This document shows, piece after piece, positions 48,355-62,043 of a stretch of DNA of 64,000 bases. The stretch spans positions 124,001-188,000 of the forward strand of contig NIVC01000211.1 of NCBI GenBank assembly GCA_002269645.1, read 5' to 3'. The notes under the pieces are model-generated. The model did no database searches. It had not been told where the DNA came from and worked only from the letters and a program-made list of their open reading frames with translations. Position 1 is the first letter of the stretch, and every line of letters begins with the position of its first letter. This stretch comes from Macrostomum lignano (lineage: Eukaryota). The position numbers were made by a program, and so were the translations under genes.

Positions 48355-49235
48355 GAGAGGGCACCAATTACCCTCCTAACTGGATTCTTCAATGAGGGCA
48401 CCATTTACCCTCCTTACTGATTCTTCAATGAGGGCACCATTTACCCTCCTTACTGATCTTCAATGAGGGCACCATTTACCCTCCTTACTGATTCTTCAAT
48501 GAGGGCACCATTTACCCTCCTTACTGATTCTTCAATGAGGGCACCATTTACCCTCCTTACTGATTCTTCAATGAGGGCACCATTTACCCTCCTTACTGAT
48601 TCTTCAATGAGGGCACCATTTACCCTCCTTACTGATCTTCAATGAGGGCACCATTTACCCTCCTTACTGATTCTTCAATGAGGGCACCATTTACCCTCCT
48701 TACTGATTCTTCAATGAGGGCACCATTTACCCTCCTTACTGATTCTTCAATGAGGGCACCATTTACCCTCCTAACTGATTCTTCAATGAGGGCACCATTT
48801 ACCCTCCTAACTGATTCTTCAATGAGGGCACCATTTACCCTCCTTACTGATTCTTCAATGAGGGCACCATTTACCCTCCTTACTGATTCTTCAATGAGGG
48901 CACCACTTACCCTCCTAACTGGATTCTTCAGAGAGGGCAACATTTACCCTCCTTACTGATTCTTCAGAGAGTGCACCATTTACCCTCCTTACTGATTCTT
49001 CAGAAAAGGCACCACTTACCCTCCTAACTGGATTCTTCAGAGAGGGCAACATTTACCCTCCTTACTGATTCTTCAGAGAGTGCACCATTTACCTTCCTTA
49101 CTGATTCTTCAGAAAAGGCACCACTTACCCTCCTAACTGGATTCTTCAGAGAGGGCAACATTTACCCTCCTAACTGGATTCTTCAGAGGGGGCAACATTT
49201 ACCCTCCTTACTGATTCTTCAATGAGGGCACCGGT
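48355..49235. repeat. 36-bp minisatellite
   Basis: GAGGGCACCATTTACCCTCCTTACTGATTCTTCAAT repeated; each unit contains the inverted pair GAGGG..CCCTC. Confidence 0.93.
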
Positions 49236-49930
49236 AACCACCCAAGCAGCCGAAGTTTGCCAGATTACACAGATCACAGATCACAAATCAGTAAACAGCT
49301 TACCAAAGATTTTCTGACAAAAAACAAAAACTACGTTAGGAACTTCTCCGCCCCGAAGACGATGTCACAGGTGACGAGAGTGTAAAAAATACTAGAACTG
49401 TAGCAAATTTTAGCCAGGTAAAACCTACTAAACAAAACGCTCACAGGAAAATGCACTGCACGCAAACTTACAGTATAAATTCAAGCGTACACACGCGTGT
49501 ATATATAAGTCAATTCTATACCTCTATAAACACCCAAGCGAAGGCCTATACAATCGGATACAGCTTGAAGCAACAATAGACAACAATTTTTTCGACTTTG
49601 TGCCTCCGCGGCTGCTACAGCCTGTGCGTGTGTACGTACTGTACATTGCACAGGCCCAGCCCTGACTGCGTAGCGTCTCTGCATGTCGTGGAACTTTCTT
49701 ATCTGCGCACGCTGCTTTGAACGAAGCTCAGCAGGCTACTAAGCTGCACGTGGTGCGTTGTAGGGGGACGGGGCGAAATTAAGAGTTTCAATTTCGAACA
49801 ACAATGCTTGAAATTGGTAGATAATTTAGCGTCTTACTTTGGTTTATAAAGGTATCAAGAGTGGTGTCAGGTGAAGGGAGTTGTGTCAGGTGACAGGAGT
49901 TGTGCGATGTGTCAGGAGTTGTGCCATGTG

Positions 49931-50833
49931 TCAGGGATCGGGATCAGGGATCGGGATCAGGGATCGGGATCAGGGATCGGGATCAGGGATCGGGATCAGG
50001 GATCGGGATCAGGGATCGGGATCAGGGATCGGGATCAGGGATCGGGATCAGGGATCGGGATCAGGGATCGGGATCAGGGATCGGGATCAGGGATCGGGAT
50101 CAGGGATCGGGATCAGGGATCGGGATCAGGGATCGGGATCAGGGATCGGGATCAGGGATCGGGATCAGGGATCGGGATCAGGGATCGGGATCAGGGATCG
50201 GGATCAGGGATCGGGATCAGGGATCGGGATCAGGGATCGGGATCAGGGATCGGGATCAGGGATCGGGATCAGGGATCGGGATCAGGGATCGGGATCAGGG
50301 ATCGGGATCAGGGATCGGGATCAGGGATCGGGATCAGGGATCGGGATCAGGGATCGGGATCAGGGATCGGGATCAGGGATCGGGATCAGGGATCGGGATC
50401 AGGGATCGGGATCAGGGATCGGGATCAGGGATCGGGATCAGGGATCGGGATCAGGGATCGGGATCAGGGATCGGGATCAGGGATCGGGATCAGGGATCGG
50501 GATCAGGGATCGGGATCAGGGATCGGGATCAGGGATCGGGATCAGGGATCGGGATCAGGGATCGGGATCAGGGATCGGGATCAGGGATCGGGATCAGGGA
50601 TCGGGATCAGGGATCGGGATCAGGGATCGGGATCAGGGATCGGGATCAGGGATCGGGATCAGGGATCGGGATCAGGGATCGGGATCAGGGATCGGGATCA
50701 GGGATCGGGATCAGGGATCGGGATCAGGGATCGGGATCAGGGATCGGGATCAGGGATCGGGATCAGGGATCGGGATCAGGGATCGGGATCAGGGATCGGG
50801 ATCAGGGATCGGGATCAGGGATCGGGATCAGGG
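49931..50833 (+). repeat. Perfect 13-bp G-rich tandem array, about 69 copies
   Basis: (GGGATCGGGATCA)n with no variants seen. Confidence 0.97.
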
Positions 50834-51354
50834 GAAATCTGTGCCCCAGTTCAGGCCTGGGAACCCAGAAAAGAGCCAAGCAACAAAACATTCTATCGCC
50901 AGATGGCGGTAAGGAAGTGGCGCTCAAAGTCAGTAACAATATCGACTCAGAGAAGCAGGCTGCAGGATGGGGAGACGTGAGCTGGCTTAGGATTTCGGGG
51001 GGAGGGGGCAGAACGTGCTGAGGTGCCATTTTCCCCAACTGTGCGTACAGAAGTGAGAAAGGAAAGAGGGGAGATGAAACTGGCTTGGGATAAAATCGGG
51101 TCTTCTGTGCCCCGCCAAATTTTGATGAGGCTCCCGATAAATAAAAAGGCGGTAGTTTTAGTGGCTGCAGTCAGGAGATCCGGGGACATTGCTGTGCGAG
51201 ATTTCACTCAGCTGATCTTTCTCTTGATAATTTTCAAAGCAGAAGATTTTTCAACAAAAAAAATTGAAAAAATTTCAAAATGCTAAAGAAAAAATTATTT
51301 TGTGATGGATGGATGAAATCACAGAAGGGATTTTATAAAGGATCATTTTTGGGT

Positions 51355-51620
51355 CGTTTTGGGGATCATATTGAGGATTATTGGGACAATAGCAAGTATC
51401 ATTTCAAGGATTTTGGGGATCATTTTGGGGATCACTTTGGGGGTCATTTTGGGGTCATTTGGGGGATCATTTCGAGAATCATTTTGAGAATCATTTTGGG
51501 GATCATTTTGGGATCATTTTGGGATAATTTTGGAACAATATCAGGGATCGTTTTATAGATCGTTTCGTGCATCATTCTGGAGGATCATTTTGGGGATTTT
51601 TTGGGGATCATATTTGAGAT
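51355..51620. repeat. Degenerate 12-bp repeat
   Basis: GGGGATCATTTT-like units. Confidence 0.7.
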
Positions 51621-52494
51621 CAGAAATGATCCAGTTCAGTTTTTAACCACGCAAAAAGACACAAGAAGCTGCAGCTGACCAACAGTCGATCTCAACTTCG
51701 AATTTGTTCAGAGAGCGGCACAAAAATCGGGGACTTTGAGGAGAGGGAGGGATGGAGAACAAATTGTCTTCTGCCAAAAGTCTTCCTTTTTGTACCGCTA
51801 ATTTTCTCCGAATCAAGGCATTGCGCTTGATGAAGGAGCAACTCGCAATGAAAGGAAGGAAGCTGGGCCACTGATGACGCGGCGGTTTGCCGCAGCCAAA
51901 AGACGCGCCCGGCCTAAGGAGAACTTGAACAAGAATACGGAGTGAGCACCTCTTCCCAGATAAATCCCAGTTTTAAATACGATGATTAGGCCGGCGATTC
52001 AGAAAGTTTTCATCTTGTAACCAACAACAATGCCAAAGCAAATATTTATGAATCGTTTTGAAAAGAAACGGACTGTCAAATCGTTCAGAAAAACTTGGCC
52101 AAAGCGAAATTAGGACGATTCTAGAAAAATGCTTTTAGGCAGCAAAGTCGTCCAGTATGTAATCAGTCAGCCTCATCATGTATGAAGCTGAGGGTTTGAG
52201 AGATCTCCTTGGCTTTCGGCCATCCCCCATCCCCTCTGCGGAACCACTGATTGACTGCGACCCTTTCATCTAAGATTTCTTTTGTTGTTTTTCGGGACAA
52301 GACAAACCTTACCATTTCGCTACAGCCGATCATGCTGTAGGGCGAGACTGCACCTCCTGCACGTGGTCCCAGCCAAAAATAGCTACTTGTAAGCATAATT
52401 AATATCTACTCTGTGCTGGAACAAGCGAACACAAAGACTGTTTATTCAATGCGACGCTTTAGTTTGCGGGTACAATGATACATGTACGCTAAGG

Positions 52495-52675
52495 AAACCA
52501 AACAGTCACTGAAACTGTACCAAACAGTCACTGAAACTGTACCGAACAGTCACAGAAACTGTACCAAACAGTCACTGAAACTGTACCAGTCACAGAAACT
52601 GTACCAAACAGTCACTGAAACTGTACCAAACAGTCACTGAAACTGTACCAAACAGTCACTGAAACTGTACTGAAA
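52495..52675. repeat. 22-bp minisatellite
   Basis: AAACAGTCACTGAAACTGTACC, about 8 copies. Confidence 0.9.
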
Positions 52676-53364
52676 CACGAAATCCTGATGCATGGATTTT
52701 TAAGTTTAAATCAACGTACATGTATTGGACAAATGACGATGAAATATTTCACTCAGAAACACTTCAAAGCAATTATTTTCATTGAAATAAAGGAGCTTAG
52801 TGGAACTTGACGCTGAGAGAGGTGGTGATGCAGCGAGTTCAAGTGGCTCATGGTGATAAAGATAAAGAAACGGCTAATGCCAACCACAAGAAAAGCTTTC
52901 AAAGTCGAATTTTTGCCAACTCTCAAAAATCTGTCACCTCTCGCCTACATGTATATCGCACCTCGGTACTGCAGAGATTTTCGCCGAACTATCTTAAGAA
53001 AATAAACTCTGCGCAAGAAAAAAACCTGCGCAAAAGACTGCGCACTTACGGAATTCCTGTCGAAAATTCCACTCGATCATTTAAAACGACATGGGCCGAG
53101 CCCACAGAAAGTCTTCACTCGTTTAAACAAATTTGGTTGCTCCTGGCAAGATTGAGAGCTTTTTAACTGTTTTTTTTTGTCATCGCCCAATTCACTTAAC
53201 CCTGAATAGTCGACGACAAGATGTTCCGAAAAAATGTTTTTGACATTTCCGGAATAAAATTTACTATACCGACGCAAACTGGCTTGACTCTAGGTTGTTT
53301 ATTTTACCTAAAACCAATCATCAGAATAGGCCACTATAACCGTGTGAGATGATCGACCCGAGGC

Positions 53365-53812
53365 TGAGGATCTGGCATGGTGGTGGCCTAGCAACTGAGG
53401 ATCTGGGAGGCTGGCCTAGCAACTGAGGATCTGGGAGGCTGGCCCAGCAACTGAGGATCTGGGAGGCTGGTCCAGCAACTGAGGATCTGGGAGGCTGGTC
53501 CAGCAACTGAGGATCTGGGAGGCTGGTCCAGCAACTGAGAATCTGGGAGGCTGGTCCAGCAACTGAGAATCTGGGAGGCTGGTCCAGCAACTGACACTCT
53601 GGGAGGCTGGCCCAGCAACTGAGGATCTGAGAGGCTGGTCCAGCAACTGAGAATCTGGGAGGCTGGTCCAGCAACTGAGGATCTAGGAGGCTGGCCCAAA
53701 AACTGAGGATCTGGGAGGCTGGTCCAGAAACTGAGGATCTGGGAGGCTGGCCCAGCAACTGAGGATCTGGGAGACTCGCCCAGCAACTGAGGATCTGGGA
53801 GACTGGCTGCAC
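53365..53812 (-). repeat. 28-bp minisatellite family, inverted relative to 21622-22140
   Basis: ATCTGGGAGGCTGG(C/T)CCAGCAACTGAGG repeated. Confidence 0.92.
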
Positions 53813-54288
53813 AGTCTTGATTTTAATCTATTAACCATACAATCATTGAGCTGATCGGGTCATGTTCGTTAAGTGGGAAACTAGACAAGCTTCTCAGGAA
53901 CAAAAACTAGGAGTAAAATACCTTGAAATAAAAATTGTAAATATAAAGCAAGCGATGGTAGCACATGCAGTTATACACGCAATTACCCATGATTGTAGCT
54001 GATGTAGGCGCACCACTGCCGCGAAATGATGGATATAAAAAAATTGCTGTTTTGAAGCTGGGGCCGAGACACCGCGAAGACGAAGCCGGGCAAAGAGAAT
54101 GGTTTAAGGGGTTTATTGTTTGAGAAGAGCTGGAAAATACAGCCTTTATTATACGGTAAGTTCAGGTTTTGAATTCAGCTCCACGGGCAGCCCCCCAACC
54201 CCGCAGAGAAGGGCTCGGAAGGAATGCTGAGTAACCAAACTGCGCACTGCATGGGCGCGCGCTTGCGGCAAACCCCAGTTCAAATATC

Positions 54289-54342
54289 AACAATGCTTAG
54301 CAGTCCAACAATGCCCCATTGTTGCTGGCTATTCCCATTGTC
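54289..54342. promoter_or_regulatory. Cluster of four Sox consensus sites including an inverted pair
   Basis: AACAATG 54289-54295; AACAATG-CCC-CATTGTT 54307-54323; CATTGTC 54336-54342; upstream of the SoxD coding exons. Confidence 0.35.
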
Positions 54343-55494
54343 TCTCTATAGCTCCACCCCACTCACTCTCCGCTGTACCATTGAGCTGTCTTAATATTCT
54401 CCTCCCCTGGCTCACTGCGCGCCCAGAACTGAGTATGCAGCATTGCTGAGGTACCTATAAGACAAGTCTACAACGCCCCCTCCCACTCCAGCTCTATTTC
54501 TTCTCTCACCTCTTTACAGCTCAATTCATTTCTCCTCATGCATTGTAATAAGTTCGATTGAAGACAATTAAAAAAGAAGTAATTTCCAGTGCTACTGAGA
54601 GTTATAGGCTGAGTGTGAGCGATCCTATACTCTCTCAGACTGTCTTGCTAAAAATTGCCCGGGCACAATAGGCAGTCTCTACAGTAGGAAACTTCTATTT
54701 TTGAAATGGACAAAAACATTTCACGCTTATTTTGAAGGCCGAGGACAGGGAGTCCGAGCGCGAGGCAGATAATTCTGTGTGGTGCACAGTTGCGCTTGAG
54801 ATTGCAAGTGAGAAAGATTGAGAGCCTGACAATAGAGCTCTCAAATGTAAGGTCTGAATATAAGGCGACCCGATTAAAATAAGATTAACCTATTAACAAT
54901 GTGCAAATAAGTATTCAATGAATTGGGGAAATGTCACCACTTGCCATTCAATTCCGACCTAATAAAGTCTTCAACAACAAAGTCAAAGGTTGTGTAAATT
55001 TCTGTAAACCAACTCAAAGTTCGGCTTTCCCCAACTCAAAATTTAAAATCGGCTATAATTAGTGACTAGTAGGAGCGCATCATCTTTCGACAGCGTGACA
55101 TTTCGAACTTAAGAAACTCCCGTCCCAAATCCAACCCAGATATCTAGGGCCATGAAGTGCAGGGCACAGTGAAGATGAATCAAGGGGGGGGGGGTCAGAG
55201 GGAGCCCCCGAGACGGGGTACACGAAAGACAATAAATGAGCATTCACAACTCAAATCTCTAGAGCTGTGCTCACACATAATAGTGGACACTGCGAGTCCA
55301 AGTAGCCGAACACAATGCCGCTGCAATCAAAAGCAGGTAGCTCGAATAATCCATTTTCAAACTTGCAAAGAAAATAAAATTACTGCAGCAAAGTTGAAAG
55401 AATGGGTGAGGAAAGCACAGGCCACAGCAGCAGCCGCAATTCTCAGGTTAAAATATAATAATGGCCTGGAATTATGAGAAATGGCAGTATATTT

Positions 55495-57308
55495 TAACTC
55501 TCTGGGAGGCTGGCCCAGAAACTGAGGATCTAGGAGGCTGGCCCAGCAACTGAGACTCTGAGAAGCTGGTCCAGCAACTGAGACTCTGAGAAGCTGGTCC
55601 AGCAATTGAGAATTATCCTCAGAAACTGAGGATCTGGGAGGCTGGCCCAGAAACTGAGGATCTGGGAGGCTGGCCCAGAAACTGGGGATCTGGGAGGCTG
55701 GCCCAGAAACTGAGGATCTGGGAGGCTGGCTCAGACACTGAGGATCTGGGAGGCTGGCCCAGACACTGAGGATCTGGGAGGCTAGCCAAGAAACTGAGGA
55801 TCTGGGAGGCTGGCCCAGAAACTGAGGATCTGGGAGGCTGGTCCAGCAACTGAGGATCTGGGAGGCTGGTCCAGCAACTGAGCATCTGGGAGGCTGGCCC
55901 AGCAATTGAGGATCTGGGAGGCTGGCCCAGCAACTGAGGATCTGGGAGGCTGGCCCAGAAACTGAGAATCTGGGAGGCTGGTCCATCAACTGAGCATCTG
56001 GGAGGCTGGTGGCCCAGAAAATGAGGATCTAGGGGGCTGGCCCAGCAACTGACACTCTGGGAGGCTGGCCCAGCAACTGACACTCTGGGAGGCTGGCCCA
56101 GCAACTGAGGATCTGGGAGGCTGGTCCAGCAACTGAGAATCTGGGAGGCTGGTCCAGCAACTGAGGATCTGGGAGGCTGGCCCAGCAACTGACACTCTGG
56201 GAGGCTGGCAGCCCAGCAAATGAGGATCTGGGAGGCTGGTCCAGCAACTGAGAATCTGGGAGGCTGGTGGCCCAGAAAATGAGGATCTAGGGGGCTGGCC
56301 CAGCAACTGACACTCTGGGAGGCTGGCCCAGCAACTGAGGATCTAGGAGGCTGGTCCAGCAACTGAGAATCTGGGAGGCTGGTCCAGCAACTGAGGATCT
56401 GGGAGGCTGGCCCAGCAACTGACACTCTGGGAGGCTGGCAGCCCAGAAACTGAGAATCTGGGAGGCTGGTCCAGCAACTGAGGATCTGGGAGGCTGGTGG
56501 CCCAGAAAATGAGGATCTAGGGGGCTGGCCCAGCAACTGACACTCTGGGAGGCTGGCCCAGCAACTGAGGATCTGGGAGGCTGGTCCAGCAACTGAGAAA
56601 CTGGGAGGCTGGTCCAGCAACTGAGGATCTGGGAGGCTGGCCCAGCAACTGACACTCTGGGAGGCTGGCAGCCCAGCAACTGAGGATCTGGGAGGCTGGT
56701 CCAGCAACTGAGGATCTGGGAGGCTGGTGGCCCAGAAAATGAGGATCTAGGGGGCTGGCCCAGCAACTGACACTCTGGGAGGCTGGCAGCCCAGCAACTG
56801 AGGATCTGGGAGGCTGGTCCAGCAACTGAGGATCTGGGAGGCTGGTGGCCCAGAAAATGAGGATCGAGGGGGCTGGCCCAGCAACTGACACTCTGGGAGG
56901 CTGGCCCAGCAACTGAGGATCTAGGAGGCTGGTCCAGCAACTGAGAATCTTGGAGGCTGGTCCAGCAACTGAGGATCTGGGAGGCTGGCCCAGCAACTGA
57001 CACTCTGGGAGGCTGGCAGCCCAGCAACTGAGGATCTGGGAGGCTGGTCCAGCAACTGAGGATCTGGGAGGCTGGTGGCCCAGAAAATGAGGATCTAGGG
57101 GGCTGGCCCAGCAACTGAGGATCTGGGAGGCTGGCCCAGCAACTGACACTCTGGGAGGCTGGCAGCCCAGCAACTGACACTCTGGGAGGCTGGCAGCCCA
57201 GCAACTGACACTCTGGGAGGCTGGCAGCCCAGCAACTGAGGATCTGGGAGGCTGGCAGCCCAGCAACTGAGGATCTGGGAGGCTGGCAGCCTAGTAACTG
57301 AGGATCTG
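55495..57308 (-). repeat. 28-bp minisatellite family with about 230-bp higher-order repeat
   Basis: Marker variant GGCCCAGAAAATGAGGATC at 56011, 56269, 56499, 56729, 56847 and 57077. Confidence 0.92.
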
Positions 57309-57884
57309 AAAAAGTCTCCCATCTAACGCATGGCATGACATGGCATGTGCAAAGCTCTCGGTATTTTGACATGCCAGATTTATGTAATAATCCGAGGTAA
57401 AATTAAGAAAAAATAATAATAAACACAGGAATAATCACATCAAAAGATGCAAAGGGTTCCAAAGAATCTTTTGTTCATATTAAACCAAAGAAAGACGGCA
57501 ATTTTGAGGGCGTATAAAAAACGCAGCAGAATGAAGCAATAAAAAGCATCAGAGGCTTGGGAGCAGTTTTGCAAAGCAAGCCGAGGTATTGAATATCCTA
57601 CTTGCGCAGGTGGTCGAGATGCATCAAGCATTCGAGGGTGCCAGATTTCAGCAGCAACAATATTCTATGGCTATTGAATATGAAAATTAACTACATGTAC
57701 CTCAACACATTTCAACGCCTTCGAGCCAGAAAGTCAGGCCACCTGAGGTCTTGGAAGCATCAATCTTCGTTTCTTGTGCAACAAAATTCTGCCAAATTTA
57801 GAAACAAGATAAATATCCACATATCTATAATAGGCTAGTGGCCGCAAAGGGTAAAGCATACCTAAAGACAGGAATGGTATACCC

Positions 57885-58255
57885 AATCCAATACACAAAG
57901 ACAGGAGGTATACCCAGAGACAGCAGGGTATACCTAGAGACAGCAAGGTATACCCAGAGACACGAGAGTATACCCAGACACAGGAGGGTATACCCAGAGA
58001 CATCAGGGTATACCCAGAGACACGAGAGTATACCCAGAGACAGGAGGGTATACCCAGAGACAGGAGGGTATACCCAGAGACAAGAGAGTATACACAGAGA
58101 CAGGAGGGTATACCTAGAGACAGGAGGGTATACCCAGAGACAGCAGGGTATACCTAGAGACAGGAGGGTATACCCAGAGACAGGAGGGTATACCCAGAGA
58201 CAGGAGGGTATACCCAGAGACAGGGGGTATACCCAGAGACGGAATGGTATACCAA
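57885..58255. repeat. 20-bp minisatellite
   Basis: TACCCAGAGACAGGAGGGTA repeated. Confidence 0.9.
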
Positions 58256-58629
58256 ATACTTAAAATGTATCCCAGAGAGTTCTGATCAGAAAAAAATTGG
58301 AGGTCAAAAAAAGAATTGTCAACAAAAACATTTTGGAAATTTAGAATCGCTTAAATAACTTTTGCAACTTTGTTTAAAGCAATATTGCAACAATGAAATA
58401 TTAAGATTTATATTTAGATAAATATGCACTCATAAATGTGCAAATTTTATTGCAGAACACCAAGCGCACACACAAGCCATGAATCTGTGTGTCTAGTCAG
58501 TTGTTGTTGCTGTCCATAAGATACTACTGAATAGCAATTGCCACGAAAATCTGTCTTTCTCAAAAATTACGGAAGGAAGACAGACGGAAACAAACTAACT
58601 ATTAGGGTCACTTCAATGCAGTTTTCCGC

Positions 58630-59906
58630 TCATTTAAGCAGGGCCCACTTGAATTGCTGAGTGGCCTGTTGCAGTACCTGAAAATAAATTTGTTGTCAAT
58701 AAAAAGTTTTTTAAATGACAGCTTTTTTGCTATACTGTCTATAGCATAGCTTTTTGAATATTTTTTGCACAAGGTTTTAATTCATTGTTGAGAGGAGTCA
58801 AGAGAGGTCACGTGAGGGCTGTAAGGGAGAGAGAGGGGTCACGTGAGTGCAAAGAGGGGTCCCGTGAGCACATAGAGTCAAGTGAGTGCAGAGAGGGTCC
58901 CGTGAGCACATAGGGTCAAGTGAGTGCAGAGAGGGTCCCGTGAGCACATAGGGTCAAGTGAGTGCAGAGAGGGGTCACGTCAGTGCAGAGAGGGGTCAAG
59001 TGAGTGCAGAGAGGGGTCACGTCAGTGCAGAGAGGGGTCAAGTGATTGCAGACAGAGAGGATCCCGTGAGCACATAGGGGTCAAGTGAGTGCAGAGAAGG
59101 TCATGTGAGTGCAGAGAGAGGTCACATGAGTGCAGAGAGGGTCCCGAGAGCACATAGGGTCAAGTGAGTGCTGAGTGCAGAGAGAGGTCACAGTCACATG
59201 AGTCCAGATGTGTCACGTGAGTGCAGAGAGGGTCACGTGAGTACACACGGGTCATTTGAGTGCAGGAGTTACGTGAGTGCAGAGAGGGTCACGTGAGTCC
59301 AGAGAGGATTTAGTAGCATAAAGAGTTTAATAAGCTATAAAGACAAAATAAATCATAAGTAAAGTTTTGCAATATAAATAATTATAACAAATCGCTAAGA
59401 CCTACCTGAGTAACGGAGCCCTCCATCGGAGATGACTCATCAATAACCCTAGTGCCAACCCTGGCAACAAGGTGGTGAGCGTCAGTCTCCAAGACAATGC
59501 CATTGTCGCACAATTCGTCAACAACAAGAAACATCACATCCAAGTAGTCCAACAGGGCCCGTTTTTCAACGTTCTTTCTTAGAATAATCGACACAGCGTC
59601 AAACAGAGTGCAGAGAACGGTATTAAGAATCAGCTCGTTTTCGTTCGAATCTCCAAGAACGCAAAACAGCAAATCAACATTGGATCGAAATAGGCAGGTT
59701 AAGCCTTCAAACATGAGCACATCGGTTGATGGGTTCTTAGCAGTCTTGGCTAATAATCGGCGCTCGAAAAGCCGCTGGTCTTTGGCTGAAGCCAGGCCTA
59801 CAGTGACAGTGCTTGAGCCGGCACCTGTGTAGTACTTAGCCACAATACGACGGCCATCATTGTCAAGAATGAGGATTGCCCTCACTGTGTGCAATGAGAT
59901 ATCCAT
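58630..59906 (-). CDS. COPZ1: Coatomer subunit zeta, 2 exons, 182 aa
   Basis: Exon 59906-59406 (TVRAILILDNDGRRIVAKYY, ENELIL..VL..LFDA, KNVEKRALL, VDELCDNGIVLETD) and exon 58677-58630 (VLQQATQQFKWALLK*); phase-0 GT-AG join. Confidence 0.95.
58805..59305. repeat. About 20-22-bp minisatellite in the COPZ1 intron
   Basis: GTGAGTGCAGAGAGGGGTCAC variants. Confidence 0.85.
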
Positions 59907-60368
59907 GCATTTCAGTTATTTGTTACATTTTTAGAGTTAAACGTTTTTCTCAAATCAAAACATTTTTAGTATATAGGACTAGCTGTCTGCGCCCCCCATC
60001 GGGGAAGCAACAAAGCAATAAAGCATTGAAGCTTTGAAAGTCAGTAATCTAGCCTCTAGCCTAAGATATAAGCATCCCCTTGTGAGCTTTGGCGATGGCA
60101 TAACCCTAACTCTCTCTTTGATCTACCTGTGGCTTGGCAAATTTCCAACTGACCCTTGGCAACTCAGGGCTACATGAGCCACCGCATTTCAGCAATCCCC
60201 TCATGAGTCTTGACATCTTGGCTATTCCCTTATTAGCTTTAGCATCCCAGAAATTACCCTAAGAGCTGCAGCATTTTAACAACCCCCATATGCTTTAACA
60301 TCTCAGCAATTCACCCTATAAAACTTAATATCTCAGCAATTCTCCTAAGAGTCATAGCATTATAGCAA

Positions 60369-60529
60369 TAGGGGCAGATCAAGAAAGTTTTTTTAGGGGG
60401 GGGGAGGGGTGAGGGCTATACCAAGCAACTGTAACGGAACATTAGAAAATAGACTTTATAAAGTTACAGCCCAAAAAGTATGGCCAATTTTTGGGCAATG
60501 GCTTCCTTGCCCTCTTGAATCTACCACTA
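60369..60529. mobile_element. hAT-type MITE, 161 bp, with an 8-bp TSD
   Basis: TATAGCAA at 60361-60368 and 60530-60537 flank imperfect TIRs TAGGGGCAGATCAAGA / (reverse complement) TAGTGGTAGATTCAAGA. Confidence 0.7.
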
Positions 60530-61647
60530 TATAGCAATACCCCAAAGATTTGACTTATCAAAAATGGCTAAATAGAAAATATGGTAAAAATGATACTCAA
60601 TTAAGCTACCAACAGTAGACTAATTATGTGCATAAGAAACAAATATTAAAATTTCTACTTTAAATGCTAAAATAACAGTTTGAAAATTGTTTTGAAACTT
60701 TGTACCTTGTCAAGTCTTTTCCTAAGTAACTTAGCATATCTAAAACAATTTAAGGCACTATTTTTTTCAAACTTTTTTCTGTTTTTCCTATATTCTCTGC
60801 ATAGATTTAGCAAACCTAGTTATTAGTCTATTTAATATCTACTATCTAGAGCACTTAATTCCTTACTTGCTTTTATATTTACTCATTATTTTTATCTTGG
60901 CATAACTAGGACATATTTGTAGCAATTTTTGCTTATGTTTTCCTGTGGTTAATAAAAATCAATAACATATAAAACAATTTCATAACTATAATTATGTAAT
61001 TCCTATTTGAACTTTGAGACCCTTAATATCAAAGAGCATAGTATCTCAATGTAGATAATAAAATAGATATAAAAAAGTTTATAATTAATCAAAATTCAAA
61101 AAGAGGTGATTAGCAAGGGTAATGACTACATTGAAATAGTAAAGTGCCTTATAGTCTTTCCATTATTATAATCTAAGATTTCTAGCTAGTCAGCCATGAT
61201 TTTATTTTTTACTTGCTTATACATTTTTAAATATGATTCCCCTATATATAAATTGGTACCCTTGACTGCAATTTGGTTATCTATTATTGCAATTTTTTTC
61301 ACACTTTAGCTTAGTTTGTTTTCCTTATTTGCTTTTTCCTAGTCTCCCTTTTCTTTGCTTTCATTTTTTAATCTAATTATTTGTTAAACAGCTATTAATA
61401 TTGTGACTTTGACTTACCTTGCTTAGCCTCTTATCTCCTAGCTTACTTAAATAGATTAGCTAGATATTACCTAATTATGATCAAGAAATATTTCTGATAA
61501 ACAAAATTATATTGATTATTTGGCAAGAATAGGTATCAAGCTAACTTATATAAGTATATATCATAAGATTTAATTGTGGTTTAACCTTGTTACATTTTTA
61601 GTATATAATAACACTAGATATTACATGCATGATATAAAACAGGGTTT

Positions 61648-62043
61648 CCAGGGGGTGCTTCATAAGACCTAAATTTCATAACACCTAAAACCAAATTAAA
61701 ACTGCAGCCTCCTTCACTTCACATTGCCTACTACATTTCATATTGCGGCATTGCCTAAATTTCCTAATGCCAAAAACCAATAATGCAGCCCCCTTCAGGT
61801 CGCCTAAATTTCACAACACCGAAAATCTCCGCATGCTCCTTCCCATTCAGTTTTAGTTGTAGTGAACTTTAGGCTAGGGGATATGAAATTTAATTTAGTC
61901 AATATGAAGGAGGCTGCATGCCTGCATTTTCTGTTTTAGAGGAGTTATGAAATTTAGGCGATGTGAAAGAGCATGCAGATATTTTAGGCTAGGCGTTGTG
62001 AAATTTAGTCGATATGAAATTTAGGCGTTGTGAAGTATGGTGG
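61648..62043. mobile_element. MITE with long imperfect inverted repeats
   Basis: CTTCATAAGACCTAAATTTCATA (left) versus reverse complement of right end CTTCACAACGCCTAAATTTCATA; internal GCCTAAATTTCA repeats in both orientations. Confidence 0.6.

Noticed and set aside
49871-51021. 343-373-aa GSGSGIGIRDRDQ ORFs
   Set aside because: Artefact of the perfect 13-bp repeat, open in all three frames.
55357-57372. [13 protein letters not shown] repeat ORFs (also 21689-22190 and 53321-53812)
   Set aside because: Translation of the 28-bp minisatellite; frame cycles with each unit.
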